DNA from: a virus | Virus record (IMG/VR): IMGVR_UViG_3300045988_057057 | Coordinates: 1-38,104 of that record | Length of the DNA stretch: 38,104 bases | Strand: one strand, 5' to 3' | Shown here: piece by piece, positions 13,940 through 22,600 of the stretch | Layout of the letters: each line of letters starts with the position of its first letter | How positions within the stretch are numbered: position 1 is the first letter of the stretch | The notes under the pieces: model-generated | Seen by the model: the letters and a program-made list of their open reading frames with translations, nothing else | Told to the model about the DNA's origin: nothing | Database searches by the model: none | Position numbers and translations under genes: made by a program

Positions 13940-16033
13940 TTGGCACGCATAAGCTCAGCGACAAATGAAAAAGTATTTCAGCTGAAATCATTCCTCGGCT
14001 TGAACCAGAACCCCGACGGCGATACCAAGCTCAAGCTCGGTGAAGCCGCAGATATGCGCAACTTCACCATCACCCGCGACGGCAACTTGCAGCGCAGGGC
14101 TGGCACGCTGACCCTCAAGGGGCTTGCCAAGGAATATGCCCTCACTGATGCCGATTCGCCATCTGCCGTCTTTACCGGCGCAGCTGAAAACCTCAAGCTC
14201 AAGATGTTCCCTACGGCAAGCATAACCGACGGGCTTATCGTACTGAGCGGTGACGAGGTTTCGGTATCATGCGCGAATGCTGCGAGCTTCGCCGGGTATT
14301 ACTGGCGGCGCGATGCAAGCCACGTCTGGAAGCTGCACAGCGTCACCGCCGACGGCGATGGGTACACATGGAAGTTTTACCGCGTCACCGCCGTCCCGCA
14401 AGGCAGCAACCTCAAGGTGGCCGGAATATGGACGGGCTTCGTCAGCGGGCATGAACAGCTTCTCGCAGCCTGCGATGGGAAACTCTGGAAACTCTACGAC
14501 GACACGACCGGCGAGCTTGTGCGCGTGGCGCTCGGAGACATAGACACCAGCAAAAATGTCCACATGTTCGGTTTCTCCGGTATCGTATATATGCTCAACG
14601 GCTCACAGTATAAGCAGTGGGACGGCACTACGCTTCAGGACGTCCACGGTTACAGGCCGCTTGTGCGTGTCTCCGTGCCTCCCACCGGTGGCGGCGAGAA
14701 GATTGAGGAGATCAACCGGCTCTGCGGTGAGCGACGCTTATGGATATCCCCCGACGGCACGGAGAAAACCTTCGCGCTGCCCGAGAAGAACATCCAGAGC
14801 GTCGACTACGTGAAGAGCTTCGCCACCGGCCAGAACATCGCCGCCTCGGAATACACCTTCGACCTTGAGGCCGGAACCATTACATTCAGCGAAGCTCCGG
14901 CGCAGTCCGTCAACGCCTATGAAATAGGCTGGACGGTCGGAACCACATTCCGCAGTCAGGTAACGGCGATGCGCTACTCCGAGCTTTACAACAGCACGCA
15001 GGACACACGAGTGTTCATCTACGGAGACGGCAGCAACAAGGCGCTGTACTCCGGCATCGACTACGACGGCCAGCCGAGAGCCGACTACTTCCCTGACCTT
15101 TTTGAAATGGCGATCGGCGACGCAAATACGCCTATCACGGCGCTTATCCGGCACTACTCCACGCTGATGGTCTATAAGAGCAACAGCGCGTACCGCGTCG
15201 AGTACGGCAGCATCACTCTGGCTGATGGCCTTGTAACCGCCGCATTTTACTCTGTGCCGGTCAACAGGACGATAGGTAACACAGCCCTCGGGCAGTCTCA
15301 GCTCGTGTTAAACAGCCCTCGTACGCTGTTTGGCAAGGAATGCTACGAGTGGAGAAACAATGCGTCGTACTCCTCCAATCTTTCCCTCGACGAACGTCAG
15401 GCAAAGCGTATGTCAGACCGCGTATATGCGGCGCTGGCGGAGTTTGATCTTGCAGAGTGCAAGTGCTACGACGATAACCACAATCAGGAGTATTACGTGT
15501 GCTATGACGGCAAGGCGCTTGTGAACAACTACGCCGCCGACGCATGGTACATATACACCGGCTTTGACGTGGCCTGCATGGCGAGTTTCCACGGAGACTT
15601 ATACATCGGCACATCCGATGGGCGCTTCAAGCGTATGGCTTACGAATACCTTTCCGACGACGGCGAGCCGATAGACGCATACTGGGAGTCCGGCTCCATG
15701 AGCTTCGGTTCGGACTATATGCGGAAATACGCCGCATCCCTCTGGATAGGCGTTAAGCCTGAGAGCAACAGCGAAGTGTACGTGACAGTCCAGACCGACA
15801 GAAAGAGCGTCTACACCGAGAAGGTAGTTGCATCAAGGCTTTCGACCTTTGACCCGGCGAACTTCGCACATTGGAGCTTTTCGGTAAACCGCAAGCCACA
15901 CATGAAGAAGCTCAAAATAAAGGCAAAGAAATTCGTGTTTTACAAGCTGATCTTCAAGTCGGATTCTTCCGACTCTACGGCGACGCTGCTTGCGGCAGAT
16001 ATCCGGGTCAGACAGACCGGCTACGCAAAATAG
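13940..16033 (+). CDS. Large tail-associated structural protein (697 aa, TTG start)
   Basis: Long ORF in the late operon, with beta-rich sequence containing many G/Y/W/T residues. No tape measure, tube or sheath genes are present, so a short-tailed virion is plausible. Confidence 0.6.
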   Translation: MARISSATNEKVFQLKSFLGLNQNPDGDTKLKLGEAADMRNFTITRDGNLQRRAGTLTLKGLAKEYALTDADSPSAVFTGAAENLKLKMFPTASITDGLIVLSGDEVSVSCANAASFAGYYWRRDASHVWKLHSVTADGDGYTWKFYRVTAVPQGSNLKVAGIWTGFVSGHEQLLAACDGKLWKLYDDTTGELVRVALGDIDTSKNVHMFGFSGIVYMLNGSQYKQWDGTTLQDVHGYRPLVRVSVPPTGGGEKIEEINRLCGERRLWISPDGTEKTFALPEKNIQSVDYVKSFATGQNIAASEYTFDLEAGTITFSEAPAQSVNAYEIGWTVGTTFRSQVTAMRYSELYNSTQDTRVFIYGDGSNKALYSGIDYDGQPRADYFPDLFEMAIGDANTPITALIRHYSTLMVYKSNSAYRVEYGSITLADGLVTAAFYSVPVNRTIGNTALGQSQLVLNSPRTLFGKECYEWRNNASYSSNLSLDERQAKRMSDRVYAALAEFDLAECKCYDDNHNQEYYVCYDGKALVNNYAADAWYIYTGFDVACMASFHGDLYIGTSDGRFKRMAYEYLSDDGEPIDAYWESGSMSFGSDYMRKYAASLWIGVKPESNSEVYVTVQTDRKSVYTEKVVASRLSTFDPANFAHWSFSVNRKPHMKKLKIKAKKFVFYKLIFKSDSSDSTATLLAADIRVRQTGYAK

Positions 16034-16042
16034 GAGAGAAAT

Positions 16043-16969
16043 ATGCTGACAAAACTTCTCGCAGATTTGTATATCATATCGCTGCTTGACGACGAGCCTA
16101 ATGACGTCGGGGGAATGTCCTCGGTGGAGCTGAAGGCCAAGTTCGACGAAGCAGCAAACACTATAAAGGACTACATAAACAACACCCTGATACCGGAACT
16201 CGCCGGAAACGGGGGCGCTGAAAGCGTCGGCATTGATACTGTCCCCGGCCTAACCGGAGTAAAGACGGTTCAGGCGGCTCTTGCGAAAATTGAAGAGCAG
16301 ATGGCTGAGATGACTCAGGGCGCTGTTGCCGATGAGTCCATCACGACCGCAAAGCTCGCGGCTCTTGCCGTGACCTCTGCAAAGCTCGCGGCGGCAGCGG
16401 TTGAAACCGACAAGATAAAAGATGAGGCAGTTACCACTCCGAAGCTCGCCGCCCTTGCTGTCACAGCGGCACGGCTGGCAGACCTTGCAGTTGAGACTGC
16501 AAAGATAAAAGATAAAGCCGTAACTACCGAGAAAATCGCCGACAAGGCTGTGACTACGGCGCAGCTCGGCGACGCGAGCGTCGGAACAGCGCAGCTTGAC
16601 GCGCTGTCGGTCACGGCGGCTAAACTCGCTGCTCTCGCAGTCGATACGGCGAAGATAAAGGACGGTGCAGTAACGATGGCGAAGCTTGCAGACCATGCGG
16701 TATCGGTCGATTACACGGTAACGCTCGACACAACGTGGAGCGGTGACGCTGCCCCGTACACCAAGGAGCAGACGATAAACGGCATTCTGGCAGCAGATGC
16801 GCCGCTCATTGACCTCGCACCGTCGGCGACCTTCGCGGATGCGGAAAAGCAGGCGGACGCATGGGCGCTCATTTACCGCGCGGTGACGGCGGCGAACAAG
16901 ATAACGTTCTACGCCAAGGCAAAGCCGACAGTCTCGATACCGTTGCAGATACGCTGCATAAGAAAGTGA
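16043..16969 (+). CDS. Tail fiber-like protein with about 12 tandem decapeptide repeats
   Basis: Residues about 94-215 repeat xxAVTTAKLA (AVTSAKLAAA, AVETDKIKDE, AVTTPKLAAL, and so on). This is a 30-nt periodicity across about 16322-16690. Confidence 0.7.
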   Translation: MLTKLLADLYIISLLDDEPNDVGGMSSVELKAKFDEAANTIKDYINNTLIPELAGNGGAESVGIDTVPGLTGVKTVQAALAKIEEQMAEMTQGAVADESITTAKLAALAVTSAKLAAAAVETDKIKDEAVTTPKLAALAVTAARLADLAVETAKIKDKAVTTEKIADKAVTTAQLGDASVGTAQLDALSVTAAKLAALAVDTAKIKDGAVTMAKLADHAVSVDYTVTLDTTWSGDAAPYTKEQTINGILAADAPLIDLAPSATFADAEKQADAWALIYRAVTAANKITFYAKAKPTVSIPLQIRCIRK

Positions 16970-16979
16970 GGGGGAAGGA

Positions 16980-17678
16980 ATGGGCGAAGCATTCATAACA
17001 CGCCGGGGCGGGGGAACACCCTACGCGGCCATCGGAGTGACATACCCCTCGGGGAGCGTCTGCACCTGCACGAACGGCACACTGACGCTGACGGCGAAAG
17101 ACACGAGCGGCAAGGCGATATTCGTTATCCCCTCCGCCGGGACGTGGACGGTCACGGCGGTCAGCGGCAGCCAGAGCACGAGCAAAACGGTGTCAATCAC
17201 AGCTGAGGGGCAGGTCGAGACTGTAACGCTGATGTTTGAAACAATACTGTTTGACAATGGTGTCATAGGTGACATCAAGTGGGATGCTTCTAAAGTCGAC
17301 GACACTACTTATTGTACCAATAGCGTTTCTGACGTAATTTGGCTGTCGGGAATGGTCTATGATAATGGGGTTAGTTTTGTAGCTCCTTCAGCAACGCGGG
17401 GTATCTCATCAGCAATTGACTTGACAAATTATAACAAAGTAAATGTTCGTGTAAAACAAGTCTTAAATAACGCTGGCACAGCAAAAATTTATGTTGGCGC
17501 AAGTGCTTTGGGAGATCAGACCGCTACAGCAAATATCGCACTTATGGATGGTCAGACATCTAGTTTGGACATTTCTTCCATAACTGAGAGCAAGTATATT
17601 TCTATATACGTTCGTCCCACTGGCGGCACTTATGGTAATACAATAAACGTCAAGTTTGATAAGGTTTGGCTCGAATAA
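16980..17678 (+). CDS. Tail/receptor-binding candidate with a compositionally distinct C-terminal domain (232 aa)
   Basis: The ORF follows the fiber gene. GC drops sharply near 17225. Hand counts give about 65 percent before and about 40 percent after on sampled 60-nt lines. Confidence 0.6.
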   Translation: MGEAFITRRGGGTPYAAIGVTYPSGSVCTCTNGTLTLTAKDTSGKAIFVIPSAGTWTVTAVSGSQSTSKTVSITAEGQVETVTLMFETILFDNGVIGDIKWDASKVDDTTYCTNSVSDVIWLSGMVYDNGVSFVAPSATRGISSAIDLTNYNKVNVRVKQVLNNAGTAKIYVGASALGDQTATANIALMDGQTSSLDISSITESKYISIYVRPTGGTYGNTINVKFDKVWLE

Positions 17679-17690
17679 GGAGGGCACGGT

Positions 17691-17840
17691 ATGACAATTT
17701 ATATAGATAGCGATTACAAGTGCTACGCCTCTGTAGCGGACGGACGCAGAGCGGTCGAGACTAACTTTTTCGACGGCAAGTGCCCAGAGTGGATAGAGAG
17801 CTTCCGCTTTGTCCCGGCGTATACGGATGGTCGGAGGTAA
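17691..17840 (+). CDS. Small hypothetical protein (49 aa)
   Basis: GGAGGG SD precedes the ATG. Translation is MTIYIDSDYKCYASVADGRRAVETNFFDGKCPEWIESFRFVPAYTDGRR. It fills the gap between the tail gene and the lysin. Confidence 0.5.
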   Translation: MTIYIDSDYKCYASVADGRRAVETNFFDGKCPEWIESFRFVPAYTDGRR

Positions 17841-17844
17841 CTGA

Positions 17845-18579
17845 ATGAGCGCAAAGACAATATATGACCGGCTCCGCAGCCACGGCATGACCATAGCCGG
17901 AGCGTGTGCGATGCTTGGCAATATGCAGGCAGAAAGCGGCCTCAAAGCCAACATCGCGCAGCGCGGCATGACTACGCTGACCGACGACGAGTACACCCGT
18001 CAGGCGGACAGTTATGCCATTTCTCAGGCGAAGTTCGTTCACGATGCTGTCGGCTACGGCCTGTGCCAGTGGACGTATTGGAGCCGCAAAAAGGCTCTCG
18101 TCGAATATGCCCATGACATTGGCAAGAGCGTAGGCGATGAAGCGATGCAGGTAGATTTCTGCGTCGGCGAACTCAAGGCAAGCTATGCCAGCCTGTGGAA
18201 CTTACTCTGCACAACTGAGGACACCTACGAAGCCACAAGCCGCATATGCAAGGAGTATGAGTGCCCTGCGGTGAACAACATCAACACTCGCTACGGCTAC
18301 GCTCAGAAGTTTCAGGCGGAGTTTGCCGACGGCACAGAGCCGGAGGAGACTCCGACCGAGGAAACCTACTGGCCGCCCCGGATGATATGCGAGGGCATGA
18401 GCGGCGCTGACGTTGCAGTTGCGCAGGCGTTGCTTGCGGCACACGGCGCAGAGCTGGCAGTAAGCAGCGTGTTTGATGCAAAGACCAAGAACCGCACAAT
18501 GGAGTTTCAGAACGGCGTCGGGCTTCATGCCGACGGCATCATCGGAAACAATACGTGGACAGCCCTTTTGAGGAGATAA
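17845..18579 (+). CDS. Peptidoglycan hydrolase (phage lysozyme-type domain) with C-terminal peptidoglycan-binding domain
   Basis: GACAMLGNMQAESGL ... YGLCQWTYWSRKKALVEYA ... QVDFCVGEL resembles the phage tail-lysozyme family. C-terminal GMSGADVAVAQALLAAHG ... FQNGVGLHADGIIGNNTWTALL is PG_binding_1-like. Confidence 0.8.
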   Translation: MSAKTIYDRLRSHGMTIAGACAMLGNMQAESGLKANIAQRGMTTLTDDEYTRQADSYAISQAKFVHDAVGYGLCQWTYWSRKKALVEYAHDIGKSVGDEAMQVDFCVGELKASYASLWNLLCTTEDTYEATSRICKEYECPAVNNINTRYGYAQKFQAEFADGTEPEETPTEETYWPPRMICEGMSGADVAVAQALLAAHGAELAVSSVFDAKTKNRTMEFQNGVGLHADGIIGNNTWTALLRR

Positions 18580-18582
18580 AGC

Positions 18583-19623
18583 ATGGCAAGTATAGATGAA
18601 ATAACCAAAGCTTATAACGCACAGCAGAACAAGGCGGGCTCGACTGCCCCCGGCGCTGCGTCTCCGACAAATGCTGCGACCGGCACTACTCCGGCAGCAG
18701 GGTCGGCGGCAGCTGCGCCAGCTGCGCCGACCTCTCCCGCGACTCCCACAACCCCGGCTGCTGGCACCGGGGCAACTGGCGGGACGCAAACCAATCAGGG
18801 GCTGCTCGGCAGCGGCTACAACACTGCCCGCACTGACGCTATAAATCAGATATACGACGCACAGCGCAAGGCGCGTGAGGAAGAGCTTAAAGCCGCCTAC
18901 GACCGCAGCATGAGCGACTATCAGGCGGCGAGGGACAAGATCGCTCCGGAGTACCAGAAGCAGGCAAATGACCTGTCGGTGCAGTATGAGCGCAACCGCC
19001 AGAACTTCAACAATCAGGCGGCAGCGACCGGAATAAACTCCGGTACTGCTTCGCAGGCTGCGCTTGCGCGCGGCGGCGAGTACCAGCGAGACTTCGGCAA
19101 CCTGCGCACCGCTGAGGCGAACGCGACCGCCGAAGCTGACCGTCAGATGGCAAACCTCACGGCGGAGTATCAGTCGAACATCCGTGCCGCGCTTGCCGAT
19201 AACGACTACAAGAAGGCTCAGGCGCTCCTTGACGAGTACAACAACGGCTATCAGCGCGACCTCAAGAACGCGCAGATTCTCGCCGAGTTCGGCGACTTCT
19301 CTGCGTTTGCGAATCTGTACGGAGCAGATCAGGCAAAGAACATGGAAGCGGTGTGGAGAGCGCAGAACCCCGAGCTTGCAGCCTCTCTCGACTACGCAGC
19401 TGGCAAAATCACCGCAGACCAGTATTACCAGCTTACCGGTACATATCCCGCAGGCTACATCCCGGCAGGCGGCCTTGGCGGAGGCGGCGGTGGAACAAGA
19501 TCGGCAAGCGATATCTTGAGAGATCAGGTGTGGGAACGCGCCAACAGCGAAATCGCCAACGGCGGGAACGCCGAGGAGGTTATTAGAGCCGCACAGGAGG
19601 TTGCCGGTAGCTACAGATTCTAA
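18583..19623 (+). CDS. Hypothetical virion protein with low-complexity P/A/T N-terminus and Q/N-rich helical body (346 aa)
   Basis: ORF in the late operon. Coding is supported by tight spacing. No family assigned. Confidence 0.7.
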   Translation: MASIDEITKAYNAQQNKAGSTAPGAASPTNAATGTTPAAGSAAAAPAAPTSPATPTTPAAGTGATGGTQTNQGLLGSGYNTARTDAINQIYDAQRKAREEELKAAYDRSMSDYQAARDKIAPEYQKQANDLSVQYERNRQNFNNQAAATGINSGTASQAALARGGEYQRDFGNLRTAEANATAEADRQMANLTAEYQSNIRAALADNDYKKAQALLDEYNNGYQRDLKNAQILAEFGDFSAFANLYGADQAKNMEAVWRAQNPELAASLDYAAGKITADQYYQLTGTYPAGYIPAGGLGGGGGGTRSASDILRDQVWERANSEIANGGNAEEVIRAAQEVAGSYRF

Positions 19624-19638
19624 CGAGGTAAAACGTTT

Positions 19639-22600
19639 ATGACAGAAACCGAATTTTTTCAAAAATATACCGGTGACGGCAGTTCCGGCAATTCAGCATC
19701 TTCGGGCGGCGCGCCTACGCGCCGCCGCACTTCCCCGCTTGAAGATTACTACAACGAGAAGAGGCAGAAGCAGGCCATTGAAAATGCAAACGAGATCATA
19801 AACAGCGATATCCTCCATGGCGGAACAAAGCCCGTGGGCTGGCAGCAGAAGACCGCGCAGCCTTCGGGGACGTCTGGCGCTTCCACCAGCAGCCGTGGAC
19901 GTGGCCTCGTCGGTGGGCTTAGGGATGCTTGGCTTGACAAGCACCCGAATGTCCCCACGATATCCGCAAAAGACCTGCCGAGTGCGAATCAGACTGTTTA
20001 CGATTTGCAGCAGCGCAAAAAGGAGCTTGAGGGCGAGAAAGCCAAGAACGCCAGATACAGCCTCGTCGATGGTGTTCTGACGAATAATAACACTGACTAC
20101 GACGCAGAGATTGCGGACATCGACAAACGTATAGCAGAAACCAAAACGCAGGACGATTACCGCACCGTGTGGGATAAGCTTGTCGATACCGTTACCGGAG
20201 CGGTCACAGGCTCCGCAGCTTCAAAGTCCGACGCTATGCGTACCCTTTACGAAAGCGGGCAGAACAGCCGCACGGCAGAGTATGAGCGAGAGATTGCGCA
20301 GCTTCAGAAGGACTATGACCGCGCAAAGCGCGACTATGAAGAGACGCTTGAACTTGAGGGCGAAGATGCAGCCCAGTGGGCGAAAAACACTCTTGATGAT
20401 GTTGAACGTAAACTAAACGCATACAAGAAAGTCGTTGATGAGAACGTCCAGCAGAAAGCCACTCAAGCCACCGCAGACTTGGCCGACCAGCTTCAGCAGG
20501 ATTCCGCCGAGAGAATCGAGAGATCCAAAGACGGCAGCGGCGCTGTCGGAAGATTCGCCGTTGACGCCGGTGTTGCCGCAACGCAGATGGGCATTGACGC
20601 TCTCACCGGTCGGGCACTCGGCATCGGGGATGTTGGCAGTAAGGCAAGCATGGCGCTCCGCGCGTTCGGCGGCGGCACTCAGGAGGCACGTCAGGGCGGC
20701 GGCGATCTGAAACAGCAGCTCGGATATGGCGGCGGCGTTGCGGCGGTTGAGCTCATAACAGAAAAGCTCTTTGACGGCCTCGCTGGCATATATGGCAAGG
20801 GCACTCTGGACAAAGTTGCCGAGGGGGTTATAGGCAACCTTGCCAAGACGGACGCAGGCCGTACTGCGCTGCGCGTTCTTGCGGGCGGGATCGGTGAAGG
20901 CTCGGAAGAGCTCATTTCAGATGCGCTTAATCCTCTCCTCCGGACTATTTACAACGGGAAAACCGTTGGTGAAAGTTACAGCGAGGAACAGATAGCCGAT
21001 TGGGGATATGATTTCCTCGTCGGAGCCGTCCTTGGCGCGGGTGGTAAGACTGTAGACATAGCAACCGGAGAAAACGCAAAGAAAAACGCCGAACTGCGCA
21101 GCGGAAGCGTCGACAGCGCTATTGAACTTATGACCGGCAAGAAAGCCGCGTCAGAGCCTCAGAGCGCGGCAGAGGCTCAAGGGGATATAACTACACCCCC
21201 CACGCCCTCAAACGACGCTGTGGCGCGTGCTGAGACGTTAAACTCTACTGTTAATAATAATGCAGAGACGCAGAATGCCGATGCGCAAAAAAATACCGTC
21301 CCGACAGGGACGGAAAACTCTAACGATATAGAAATATCCAAGGGGCCGTCTGCACTCGGCGCCAATGCGAAAGGTGCGGCAAATACACTTGCACGAAATA
21401 TAAGCATCATGGAAAACGACGCACCGGTGGCTTCTCTCTCAGGCAAGGAAATGCAGAGCAAAACTAAAAAAATCTCAGATCAGATCATGGACTTTTTTGC
21501 CCAACTTGGCGGCGCAGTCGATAGGCCGGGATTCGGTGATGTAGAACTCGGCAAATATGGCCAGTCTGCAATTTTGAACCACAGGCCGCTTAACCGTGCC
21601 AAGATGGTAAGTCTATCGGCAGTACCCGAAGTTATTGCGGAAGGGAAAATAATAAGCGATGTAGACAACTGGAAAGGCCGCGGCTACAGAAGTGTCATTT
21701 TTGCGGCTCCGGTTGAAATTGCAGGAGAGAGAACCTATGTTGCCGCTGTTGTGAATCAGTTTCCGGGAAGCAATAAGTTTTACCTGAACGAATGTGTAGA
21801 CACAGAGGGGAATTATCTAAGAATAAACGAAGTCCCTTCCGGCAACACAAAGATCGGGTTTACCGCCGCGGACGGGATTACCGAAGGGCCGAAAGGAACT
21901 CCGCCGACCTTGGACGGTGGAAGCCCGGAGCAAAGCTCCCTGTCTTCCGATGTCTCATCAGTCGAAGATATATCTTTCACTGATAGTATACCCACCGCAG
22001 AGCAAAATGTCAATAGCGGACAGGCTGAAAATTCTGGCAGCTCTGAGCAGAGAGCAAAAACCAATCTCGGCTCGAAGTCGACGCGGGCAAAGACAAGTCA
22101 GGCGGTCGAAACGCTTATGGAGGCTGATATCACGCCCGAAGCGCGGCAGGAGCAGCTTAACCCGTATATCAAGAACGGGCGCTTTGACTATATCCCCGAC
22201 ACGAATAAGGCACAAGTAAGCAGAGCCACCAAGAAAATTGCTAATGTCGGCTGGGAACAGGCGGTAAAGGATTTCCATGATAATGTGATATCGGGTAAGA
22301 GCAGCAAAGACCTTGTCGCAGAGGGCGCAATACTGCTCAACAACGCCGCGAACAGTGACGCAAGCGGGCGCGCCTACCTTGACCTTGCCAATGATTTTAT
22401 TGAGATGGCTCACCGCGCCGGTGAAACCCTGCAGGCGATAAAGGTCTTGCAGCAGCTCTCGCCGTCGGGGCGGCTTTACCTTATGACCAAGAACGTGAAG
22501 GCAATCAATGAAAGCCTCACCAAAGGCCAGCGCAAAGCAATTGCGAAAAAGCAGGAGGGCAGCAACTACAAAAACATTTCCGCTGAGGATATTTACAGCA

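Noticed and set aside
16322-16690. Diversity-generating retroelement target in the repetitive tail-fiber gene
   Set aside because: No reverse transcriptase gene and no template-repeat copy exist anywhere in the genome. The repeats are structural decapeptides.
18202-19662. 486-aa ORF on the minus strand
   Set aside because: It lies fully antisense to two well-supported late genes in a GC-rich region. The product is Arg/Cys/Leu-rich low-complexity sequence with no SD. This is a typical shadow ORF.
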